From assembly GCA_965235115.1 (NCBI GenBank), contig OZ249436.1, forward strand, positions 54,996,001-55,060,000: a stretch of DNA of 64,000 nucleotides, given 5' to 3'. Positions 37,566 through 49,432 of the stretch are shown piece by piece. The position numbers were made by a program, and so were the translations under genes. This stretch comes from Laetmonice hystrix (lineage: Eukaryota). How positions within the stretch are numbered: the stretch's first letter is position 1; each line of letters starts with the position of its first letter. The notes below the pieces were generated by a model, which did no database searches, was not told the DNA's origin, and saw nothing but the letters and a program-made list of their open reading frames with translations.

Positions 37566-40500
37566 TTAATATTCTTAACGTGCAAATGTCCTGTTGCTAG
37601 GGAAGCCAAGCTATCTGGCTTTGTTGCTAGGCAACATGGCGGCTCCAGGGGGCGCCCGGCTTGGCGCCCGGCAAAAATCGAAAGAGTATGCTATGGTCGA
37701 CTTATGAGCCAAATTTGGTGCTTTTGGAAAAATGTGAACCAAAACATCCCTAACAGCCCTGACTATCTGGGAGAAATGCCATTCGTAAATTAGGATGCTT
37801 TCGTCTACCTTTGAAAGGTGATTCTTACTCTAGCTGAATTTGCGAATGTATGTACAGTATCTGTTCCCAGTGTGCCGCTGTCTCTAACTGGTCATGGGAG
37901 AATTCCAGAGTGGCGTTTCTAAAGGATACACGGTTCTTGTTTTGGAGCATAACATATATAAAGATTTAAGAGGTTAAATCCATTTCTGTGAGAAGGAGAA
38001 CTTACTAATTCCTGAGACCTGAGACCTGAGACCTGAAGCCCGGAAGCATCTCAGGTTTCACTTTCCTCATCCTCCCTCTTTGTTCTATACATCTGCGTGT
38101 TCACACGTAGCCTGAGAACTTCCTTCCAGCTAATTACTCAAGTCTGGTAATATCAATTTAATAAAGTTAAAACATCCCAGCTTGGCCTTATGGTTTTTAA
38201 TCCTATGTTGGACGTCCTAACAGAAATATTTTTTATGGTCTGCTCCTTAATTTTCCACAGACTCTTCTTGTGTGATGCTGCTCTCTAAAAGGTCTAGGTC
38301 ACTCTTGGATGTTGGTCTCAGTCGCGTTCTTATATGGTATATCCTATATGTATATGACACACTTTTACAAATACAGTAACAGCCAACGGGAGCGGCACAG
38401 TTTGGTAGTTCTCCGGCTCAATCAAACGGCCGGATGTTGAATACTGTAGCAATCCAAGAGACCTATACACATCCGCTCTAGGCTTCTCTCCATACTGCCG
38501 GATGTTTTTCACACCTAAAGTGGGGGTGACTGTCTGCCTACTAGATTACACCTCTTGACAAACAACTCACTGACTTGACAGGTGTGTGGCCCTGCTTACT
38601 GGACAGCCTCTGCCTGCTAAGCCATTTTGTTGGAGGAGATCGGTCTAGACCTGGGTGGCGCCAGGTTCGACTTTCTGCTGCCTCACTGAGACGCATCTCT
38701 CTAAAATACTCCTTTCACACTAGACCTCAGAAAGCGTATTGAAACGCGTTGTTTTTGCGCATTATGGAATTCGACTAGAGGTATAATGCGCATTGGAAAC
38801 GATCCCATGTGATTTAGACCCGAACTGTCTTTGGTGTGATAATAATCGTATTCTACGACGTGCAATACACGTTCGTGTGAATGGCGTGCACTCTGTAACA
38901 CGGATCGCAAGGGGTGACAATCCCAGCTTCTCAAGACTAGAAAAATGTAGTGTTATTACTATAGCTATTAAAAAAAAATATTATCTGAACATTTCTTAAC
39001 TGACTTGTCACACATATACTCATGACCAATAATATACAGAATACGCAAGAAGACGCGTGGGAGAGAAGGCAGATGAATTATTTTTTGTAGGATTCCCTCT
39101 CCATACATAAACGTTTGTCTTGATATACATATATCGCCACGTGCGCAGACCGTCTGTATCGTGTCAAGAGACTGGCTGACCTTTGTCCAGTGCTCCGTGT
39201 TCGGCGTGAGCAAGCTGTACACAGTGGGAAGAGTCTCTATACTTTCCCTTTCCTATCCCAATCGATATCAATACAAAAAGAAAAGAAAAAAGTTCATGCT
39301 GGACGCCGAATCACATAAAGAAACGTTTCTCTGATGAATGATGATAACATCACCGTGCTCCATACATTCACAAACATTGCCGAGGCTGACATTGATCTAA
39401 CGTCAGCCTTTCAGGCCAGGCTGGGCCGTCTCTCATCGTTCAGTCTGGCCAATCCTTGGCTCACCTCTAGTATTCTGTCAGAGCGAAGTCCGGTTCTCCG
39501 CTCTGCTCTCGTCATGGGGATAAAGGATACTTCTCATCCCAACACTGAGGCCCGTACTGCCTGAAAGATGATAACTATTTTATTTGGAACACCAAATGCG
39601 GTTGCCATGGCCATATTAACATCGTGTTAAATTGCCAATAAAAAGGCAACACAACCAAATTAATGTGTCAACAAGGGAAGACTTAATCAGGTCCAATATA
39701 GGAGGATCGAGACCAGATGACCTTTCTCCATCAAAGGGTCGTATTTCATGCTCTAGACGTCCACATCGGGCTGCATTACCCCTTGACCAGCAGGCCTGCA
39801 TCCACAGACCCGCCAACCTGCATTAGTACCTTCGTCCTACTATTATCATGGTTAATAAATCATCCATAACAGCCTTGCAGGCAGGAGTATTCGACATAAA
39901 ATAATATGCTGTAAATCTTTGGTCATATTCGTCATTAGACCTCTGAGTGATATTAACCCAAGACAATATATTCTGATTTCTCCCCTTGTTACAGATAACT
40001 TATTCATTTTACGTACATCTTACTACTGTTTTATAAATGTATGATATTCTCAACGTCATTCCTTATATTGTACCGTAAAACCGTTGGTCGCTGTAAATGT
40101 GATGTACAGTTGGCAGTATCAGCCTATTCGCAATTTGTCCCCGTATCCTCTGTCTCGATCAATAAATAATCATCATAGAATTGGGAGCACCCCTGTTCTG
40201 CAATACTCATGTTCCGTCTACACATTCTCTTGCAGAATCTAATTGCAAAATGTCATGATGACGTTGTACAATAGAAAACATCCTACACATAATAAAATAT
40301 ATATCTAAGCGCAAAAGAAATGAACATAACAATCAATGTTAAATTGACGGTATCGAATTTGTTGCGACAGCTGATTCCTTGATAGAAAATGACAGTCAGT
40401 TGATTGCCTGATATGAAATGGCATTAGGCTCTAAGGTAATTTAGTTTTATTTTCAATCTTATATCCATGGGATATCATTCCTTCCCAGGAACACCAGTTG

Positions 40501-40959
40501 AAAAGTTGTCCCGTATTCCGATCAGACACAGACTTACTGATTAGTAGTGAAATAGTTGCCGCCTTATAAAAGTTCCTTCCATATTGTGCTTGATGTGAAG
40601 GTTTAATCATACAAACATTGCTACTTCCAAGTCTCTTTTTTTCAGAGACACACAAGACAAGACCTGAGAAAAAAACCTCCCGTCTCGCTGACAATCTCAC
40701 AATGAGTTCTGATTGCCTTTTCGGTGGAGCAGCTGTGGCAGCAGACATCCATTTCAAGGATCGGTTTGGAGTGCTGAAGGATATCGCACTCCATCCACAT
40801 GGGACCGGCCTTTCGGCAGGCGTGAGCTGACAATACTAGGTTTCATAAGCCAGCCCTCTTCACCCCGTCATCCCAATTATCATGACGCCAACATTGTACC
40901 ATTGGTCGTCTCAGACAACCATGTCCAATCCTACGGTCAGTGATCCGGGTGGTGGCTTA

Positions 40960-41212
40960 AAGTCTGGTTCATACTTGTTCGCTCCGCTGTGACCGCCGAG
41001 TAGTCAAAGCCAAAGTTCAATATGTCGAACGGATTACAGACGGATTTGCCGCGCGCACAGGGTGGTCCGGGTGCAATACGCAATGCGAGTTGACTCCGGA
41101 TAGGTGCGCTTTCCGCTCGTCACTTTTCACTTACGTAATGTTGTCTGGCTCTGGTCCGGCGACCACTTCTGCGTTACGCATGTCGCTCGGCGAGCAAGTA
41201 TGAATTGGCCTT
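40960..41212. mobile_element. MITE with TA flanks
   Basis: Imperfect TIRs (TA)AAGTCTGGTTCATACTTGTTCG / CGAGCAAGTATGAATTGGCCTT(TA). Confidence 0.7.
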
Positions 41213-41215
41213 TAC

Positions 41216-41438
41216 GGGCCTGATCCACTAAGGCTTTGCGACGTCCATGCGATTTTGACATCACCCTTTTATTTTACTGTGATTTGATGTGATTTTGATT
41301 TTACTGCGAGATGGAAGGATGGAACCCATTTCCTGAAGCATGGTAGGCCAGCCAGTAACGATTTCAGATTCGAATTCAACCATTAAATCAAAAATCGCAT
41401 AGCCGTCGCAAGGGAAATCGCCTTAGTAGATCAGGCCC
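41216..41438. mobile_element. MITE (Harbinger-like), inverted copy of 33062-33268
   Basis: TIRs GGGCCTGATCCACTAAGGC / GCCTTAGTAGATCAGGCCC. Confidence 0.85.
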
Positions 41439-42436
41439 TTTTACTTGCCTCAAGGCGCAATGTGCATGTCAAAATTCGCAACACGCCTGTTCGCCCCATG
41501 CAGCTGTAGCAGTTCGCAAACGAAATTAGTGATGTATTTATTAACTGACACATTGTGAGTAGTGCCTATCACTAATAGAAAATGTGCTTTGGCAATTTGT
41601 GTGTATAGGCTGCCAAGACGTCCTGGTAGGATCCTGCAATTTGCTGTTTCGACATTATTATGCTGATTTCGAGCCTTTAATAATGTCATTTTCCCATCAC
41701 CTTCCCGCACTCAAGACTACTTTGCCTCACCATGATTTTGATGGAACACTTCAGTATCATTCAATAGATTTTTAGAGGCCGCCATGCCTCCCACTGGGGG
41801 TTTACGGGGATATGTCAATATTTGGTCTTAGGCTATTGCTTCCGACCCTTGGAGGTTTTCTATGCCTTTGGGGGCTTTGGTCTCATGTCGGATGGAGATG
41901 CATGTACTTTCAGTCCACGAATCTACAGCCTCTGTTGCTCGCAAAACTATGAACAGTTCACACGAAGGCAATGATAAAAAAGGGGTTGAAACACATTTGG
42001 ACACAAGCAGAACCTTTCAGAATTTCTATTCAATTATGCGCTATTGAATCGTGTCTAAGTTGAGAGGAAGAAACGATACAAGACTAGCCATGCGAATACC
42101 TTAGCCTTCCCGAGTTTCCTTCGTTTTTTTAATTTAATAGCTGAATCCGTCTAATGCAATCACTTTTTCGTCCCGTAGTGAATTATTATTTCAACATATT
42201 GGAAGAAATGTATTTTTATATAATATACGGCAGTTCCTTTGACTGCTCCTGCGCGCATAAAACATAATATACGAGGTACGCAAAATGACATACCAGAAAA
42301 AGCTGCTTGTAAAAACACATCTAGGAACCATTTGATAATAAAACTTCGATTCTCTCTCTCTCGGTATACTGAATCGCTCTGTTGGCGCAAGTGTACTGCG
42401 TTATGTCGGAAGTGGAACCAGTAGAGGTGAAGATGA

Positions 42437-42932
42437 ATCAACTGCATTTTATGTCTGCACCGCAACAACGTTTATATCAGTAAAGGTGCAAAAACATCAA
42501 CTGCATTTTATGTCTGCACCGCAACAACGTTTATATCAGTAAAGGTGCAAAAACATCAACTGCATTTTATGTCTGCACCGCAACAACGTTTATATCAGTA
42601 AAGGTGCAAAAACATCAACTGCATTTTATGTCTGCACCGCAACAACGTTTATATCAGTAAAGGTGCAAAAACATCAACTGCATTTTATGTCTGCACCGCA
42701 ACAACGTTTATATCAGTAAAGGTGCAAAAACATCAACTGCATTTTATGTCTGCACCGCAACAACGTTTATATCAGTAAAGGTGCAAAAACATCAACTGCA
42801 TTTTATGTCTGCACCGCAACAACGTTTATATCAGTAAAGGTGCAAAAACATCAACTGCATTTTATGTCTGCACCGCAACAACGTTTATATCAGTAAAGAT
42901 GCAAAAACATCAACTGCATTTTATGTCTGCAC
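42437..42932. repeat. 59-bp minisatellite, ~8.4 near-identical copies
   Basis: Unit ATCAACTGCATTTTATGTCTGCACCGCAACAACGTTTATATCAGTAAAGGTGCAAAAAC. Confidence 0.97.
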
Positions 42933-43309
42933 TGTACCCTTGTTAATTTTAGCGGTGAAAACGGATCAACTATTATGTCTATGTGTAAATTACAACCATG
43001 TTTATGACGGGAGCGGTGAAGAAGAATCAACTACAACACTGATCAAACACTTCCATGTTCGTACCTTGTTCTTTTATTTAAGAAGATACTACCACAGTTA
43101 TTTAATGCCCACAGATGACTGAACACAGTTTGGCGCTGTACTCAGGAGTTTTTTGAGAATATTGAGAATATTATAAGAATGTTTTCTGTAACCAGTGAAT
43201 ATAAGCAAGCATGAAGCTTACTTGACATATTATGACAATGTCGCGGCAACTGGCTAAAGTACGTCAGGCGATAAATATGCCCCCTATCGTTAAACCCGAG
43301 ACATACCTA

Positions 43310-43325
43310 CAGCGCCCTCTGTTGG
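43310..43325 (-). promoter_or_regulatory. CTCF-like binding motif
   Basis: Reverse complement is CCAACAGAGGGCGCTG. Confidence 0.45.
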
Positions 43326-43807
43326 CATTAAAAGGCCTTGTCTGTCGACAATCCGTATTTTGATTGAGGTCGCTCTTTACATTCTAATATTATTCACCTG
43401 TTATTGCCTTCAATATGTATTTTATTACACTGGTCATACTGCTTGCACCGAGGTGGTAGACACTATTTCCAACCTGTGGTCCAAGCACGTGCTATTCACG
43501 TGGGAACCGGTGGTAATTGAGTATCCACGTGGTCGTGACTTAAGGCGAGCCACCATGCAGTCACGAACGTCAGGTGATCCGTGACATAACCCTCGCAGTC
43601 ACGAAAACTCCCCATCATCAGGGTCACTAAGTGCATGCCAACATGACTTTCCAATAAACCAGGTATGACGCCCAACAGCCATCTTGGACCTGGGCTCACT
43701 CGGAGAGGATTTTCCCGCGGGGTCAAGTAGTTCCCAACAGGACGAACAAAACCACTCACACAATCATTGAGCCCAGTTTTTTTCCATGTTTTTTGGCTGT
43801 ATTGGCC

Positions 43808-43913
43808 TCAATATGTAATCCCAGCTCCACAACGACCAGCACTAAGGCATTAGTTTCATTTTCCAACTTACAGGCGTCACGTTAAAAAATAACTTGGCGG
43901 GTTGCTCAGCGAC
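43808..43913. repeat. Dispersed ~105-bp duplication, partner at ~45019-45128
   Basis: Shared TCAATATGTAATCCCAGCTCCACAACGACCAGC...TCACGTTAAAAAA..AACTTGGC.GGTTGC. Confidence 0.8.
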
Positions 43914-44075
43914 TGGGAGAGGACTTTCTCACCATGAAGGGGTCAAGTAGTTGCCAACAGGACGAAAAAACTCACTCATTCAATCATTGAGTTCCTTATA
44001 GGTTTTGTTCAATCAGACATCGTACTGGCGTGTTGAGTCTGATGAATGTTGTCGAGATGAAGAGATAAACCTTCT

Positions 44076-44572
44076 TGATTAACATCCACCCAGCTGGAGG
44101 GAGGTGGAGCAAGATCTCAAATAACGAACCTGATTAACATCCACCCAGCTGGAGGGAGGTGGGGCAAGATCTCAAATAACGAACCTGATTAACATCCACC
44201 CAGCTGGAGGGAGGTGGAGCAAGATATCAAATAACGAACCTGATTAACATCCACCCAGCTGGAGGGAGGTGGAGCAAGATCTCAAATAACGAACCTGATT
44301 AACATCCACCCAGCTGGAGGGAGGTGGGGCAAGATCTCAAATAACGAACCTGATTAACAGCCACCCAGCTGGAGGGAGGTGGGGCAAGATCTCAAATAAC
44401 GAACCTGATTAACATCCACCCAGCTGGAGGGAGGTGGGGCAAGATCTCAAATAACGAACCTGATTAACATCCACCCAGCTGGAGGGAGGTGGAGCAAGAT
44501 CTCAAATAACGAACCTGATTAACATCCACCCAGCTGGAGGGAGGTGGAGCAAGATATCAAATAACGAACCTG
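44076..44572. repeat. 55-bp minisatellite, 9 copies
   Basis: Unit TGATTAACATCCACCCAGCTGGAGGGAGGTGGRGCAAGATCTCAAATAACGAACC. Confidence 0.97.
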
Positions 44573-47500
44573 CCGGGCCTGTTTCATAATAAGACATTGT
44601 TGAATGACGACAAACTTCAGATATTTTCTGTCTGTTTCTATATTCTCTTTTTTTGTTGTTGTTGTTTTATCGCTGTTTATCAAGACTAGCTGGACCTTAT
44701 GAAAGTCCTCGTTATTAACGATATAGAGTTAATGAAATTACTAATAGTAAAAATAACGATATTTCCTTGTTACCGTATAACGGGCCCCTCATCCACTAAC
44801 GATGTCATTAACGCTGGTGTTAGTACGACGGACCCCACAGGTTTAATGTAACCTTATACATAAACTAACACCTCGGAACAGGGCCGAAGTAGTTAAGTAG
44901 ATATAGACTTGTATAGGACTGACAGTCTGGCACTGAAAGGATATATCAGAGAGGCCGACCGCCGGTAATTTCTGACTAAAAACATCGTTTTTACTTATCC
45001 ATGTTTTTGACTGAGCGCTCAATATGTAATCCCAGCTCCACAACGACCAGCCATAAGGAATTGGTTTCCTTTTCCAACATACACGCATCACGTTAAAAAA
45101 AAGAACTTGGCAGGTTGCGCAGTGAGTTACCTCTGATAATTATGACGTTGTTATGAATGCCAAAGTGGCAGTGAAACTTAGACGTTGGAAACACTATAAT
45201 AGAGGTGCACCAATAAAACATACTGAGACGCACCGGTGAAATACACCTGCACTTTGTCGGTAACACAAAAACAACACATTGATATGGAACATTATTGATG
45301 TCGTTGTTGGTGCCAGCCTGGCGAGCTGTCCACATGACGGACAGACAAATCTAAGGAGAGCGAAAACAATAACGGTGTACACGTTACTTGAGCAATGGAA
45401 GGGGTAACGCACCCCCCCCCCCTCCAGCACAGGGATCTTTTTATACCAGATCAGAATTCAGCTCAATAATTACTACAGCGCTGTGAAACTGAATCGGCGT
45501 CATCAGATATCGCAGCAATTGTATACTGTTATACTTCTCCACATCCAATATCAGTCTCAGATATCATCGCTCAGGTTTCATATGGCGTTTCGAAATTTTG
45601 TGTACCCTTTTCGAAATTTCAATATCCTGTGCATATATTCTTATTGCGTGCAATACAACTGATGCACTGTAAATCACTCTAGGTTACACGCTATAGATAT
45701 TTATGCATTTAGATCGAAATATCTGTCAGGACACGTGGATGATTTTCTAAAAGTTTATTTTGCCCTTTGTGTACCATTGGTTAGTGTCGGGACCCTCACA
45801 ATTCGTTCTTTGAAAGGCACCAGCATCATACGATCAAACCGATATATTAACAAATACGTGGAGTCTCAAACGTGTCAGATGTGTACAACTTTAGGTATTT
45901 TAGGGTTTCTCCTTTCGGGTTCTTGATTTTGAGGGTCCCTATGCATAGGAATGACGCTAATTACACTGAGACTAGATCTGGCCTCCCAAACGTGGCAGCT
46001 GTATTTTGACCTCACATAATTACCTCACATGCGGTCGAGGACACCCAATCCATTGCATCATGTAGATTAAAATAATGGCCACAGATGGGAGCAGTGATCT
46101 GAGGCTTGGCCCCAGGACATAACATCCCCAACAATGGCCACCAAATGATGGCTTGACCAGTTCTCTGCGGTCAGGGCCTGATCAGGTTACAGGCGTATTT
46201 TACGGGACAGCCGTGCGGCCGAATATGGCAGCAATGTCTCCATTAGATTCCCCGTGCCGTCAATGGGGTAACAAAGGCAGAGGATGGCTTCATCGACGGT
46301 CCGGATACCCGGCATACTCCACCAAAACAACTTGGATCGCTACTCAAGCCGTCATTTGTCACTGGCTGTTACTTTTAGTGCCATCCGAAATTCATTCAAA
46401 ATCATATAAACAGAGCCTAATGGAAGCACTCCTCCCTGGCAGCACGGAGAAAAAGAAAATGGCGCGGCAAATTGAAGGATGTTAGAACTAGTGCTGAGCA
46501 TGTACTTATAGATGTACTAATTCAATCATGCCCCCCCCCCCCCGCACCGCAATAGAGTGTCGGGCACTACATTATCAAAGAGTAAGTGATGCGGTCGGGT
46601 TCGGGATTGTTATTATTCCAACATGTACGTAAACCATGCGCCTGGTGAGAACGAGGTTAACACGTCACTACCCGGCATGCCCCGTTCTCCCTGTAGCGCC
46701 CCCTGTCTGACTTCGTACACACCAGGTGGCCGTCTGAAGGCTCTCTGCTAACACTAGCTGTGCCGGGCCTTGGCCTGAGTGCTTATAAAGTGCCGGGGAT
46801 ATTACCCGGGCTGATTCATGACTGCTATCCGGTCTAAGGTAAACACGGCGACTCGGCCTAAGGTAAACAGACCGGCGGCCGTCTTCGTCTCCTGGTTGGG
46901 GGAGGGCTTATCGAGGTCCGGCCGCCGCCGTCGGTCAAGGGTGGGCTGCACAGCCTCCTAACATGCAATCTATCAGAAGGGGAACCCACAGACAGTTACA
47001 GTTTCTCGGCTCTGTTTGTCCACTTGATCACATTACATTAGGTTAACAAAACTATGCCATTTGATCACCTATCGGTGGCACTGGATCAAACATACCGGAT
47101 GCGGAAAACGTTACTTTGCTCCTACTGCTATTTTCGTGCCCCTGCGGTGGCTTTATCATATCAGACAGTTGGCATTTTATATACGGATCGTATTTCTTTC
47201 TGAGATCCTTTATTTGAACACTCAAATGGACATAAAAACCCTTCCAATACTAAAATGCTAGCCGCTGAAGTTCAAGGTCGCCCGTCCCACCCGTGTTCAT
47301 GATAGCTCCCGTTAACGACGTCGCTATCAAAGATCTAACACGTCCGACACCTACACACTGACCTATGACCCCAGACTTCCCGTCATATTGATCGAGACCT
47401 TGACAGCAGCGTTCATCCTGACCAACTACTCCACTGTTCGACCCAGCCTGCTAACAGGTCCATCAACACACTGCTTCCAGGCCCTGATTACACATACTGA

Positions 47501-49358
47501 GGGCCCTGCTTGCTGAGCAAGGACCTCCACCCAAGGACCTCTGAAGGCCTTCAGGTGACCTGCAGAATCAGACCTCTGCATGACATTCTGATGGACGTAT
47601 GTTCCTAGCACCCTCTGGTGACCGATGGTTGTAAGACCTTTGATTATCCCGCTGACCTGTACAGGTATGGCCCTCTCGTCAGACCCTGGGCTGACCTGGG
47701 GATTTCACGTTGCTCTCACTGGATGATGAATCGTCCGTCAGCCACTCATGACTGTGTGCTCATGCCTGTGTGCTCACTGATACCAATCACTCAACTCTCA
47801 AGGGTGTATGACCAATCATAAAGGAGCTTAATCAATGACCCGTTAATTCATCACAATGACGTGGCCATATATACAGTCTGACAGTCAACCCCCTCTGGAT
47901 ACAAATACCGATATTGTACATTTAATGTGTAACCCTAAAGGAGGCTCACTCATTCATCACTTGAGAACTTTAAGGTTTATTTGTTTCAAGGCAAACTTAC
48001 GGGGTCGCGGTGGACCGTCTCGTCGCCTGCCCTCCCCGTTGTCCTCGCTCGTACTCTTGGCGCGTCGCCTTGCGCCGCGCCGCGACAACCTGCGTTTGTG
48101 CGTCCACGACGCAGCGCGACGCAAACTCTCCATTGTACCGCCACTTAAATATCCCACCTGCGGTAATATCCAAGGACGTCCAGCCTCCTAGGGCCACGTC
48201 AAGTATTTGGAACATTCAGCCGAAACTGAATTCATGTCATCACTTTATCCCTTAGAGCCCTCAGCGGCTCAAGTCCAAAGACCAAGAGGCAGTTTGTTTG
48301 CCATTGCACCTGCCTGCGGACGGGAGAACTGCTGCCGATGGCATGAATAGGGCGCCAGGCTCCGGTACGCCTCCACAGTCCCGGATGAAGATCACTCAGG
48401 TAAGGGAGAGTGGCAGCGTAGCCTACTCTCTGACCTCCGGTCAATGGGGCTGATTGATTCACATGCAACACAGAGCATCATGATGACCTCCAATCATGCT
48501 GGCTTCATCAGGAGGTACTAATCAGTATGGCTGACACAGCACGTGGTCGCTTACCTCAGCCACTGCATGGGCTGCGCGTGGGGGGAAAACCGACGATCCA
48601 GTTTTACATAATCCAGGAACATCCTTCTGTGCAAATTTTACCATCAAAACACGATCCTATCCAACACGGCGATTAACAACATGGCTCCAATGACTCCTGT
48701 TTAACAAGCCTCCAATGGTGATGGCTTCAATTTCTGATGGCAATCTCACCTCCAGTACATCTACAAAGCCCAGTTTTGATGACCGCTAAGAATCCCTGTT
48801 TGATTTTTTTCAAGGCAAATACAATCCACAAATAGTAGCCATGGTTTGAGCTGTTGATCTGTTGATGACAATAATGATAATCACACTGGATCGTAGGTCA
48901 GTCGAGCGATCTCTGGCATACAAGATATTGCACATCACCGAATCGTCTCCGGCCGTATAGGCGTCCAGTAAACTCCTCCAGGTAAAGTACGATCTCGCTA
49001 CACGCTCGTAGAAGGACCTACAGGAGGTCTACAGAGGACCGGCACCGAGTCAGTGCGGACCCGGCGGGATGAGTGAGGCTTGCTGCCGGTTGATCCCCGG
49101 GGGTGGTCACCGGTAACGGCCCCCCATGTTCGTAACCTTCATGGCCCCACTGACTCTAACCGCCATACAACGAGTTGCTGCTGTGAATGAATCCGGCTAG
49201 TTTTGTCAAATCGTCCAGGCATGACTGACTGGTATTCCTTCCTCGCCCCACAGTCTGCCCCTCACTCCTCAGCTGGTCACTTGATGATGGGACCCGCGGG
49301 GAGTGCTGCTTCCAATCGTTTCTACAGTTTCACCTTCACAGGAAACGTCAGCCATACA

Positions 49359-49366
<8 letters not shown>

Positions 49367-49391
<25 letters not shown>

Positions 49392-49405
49392 TCTGCCGCT
49401 GCTGC
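49367..49405. repeat. Imperfect (GCT)n microsatellite
   Basis: Read directly. It produces the poly-Ala and poly-Ser runs in the overlapping ORFs. Confidence 0.85.
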
Positions 49406-49432
49406 TTACCACCGCCGCCTCCCGCCACTGAT

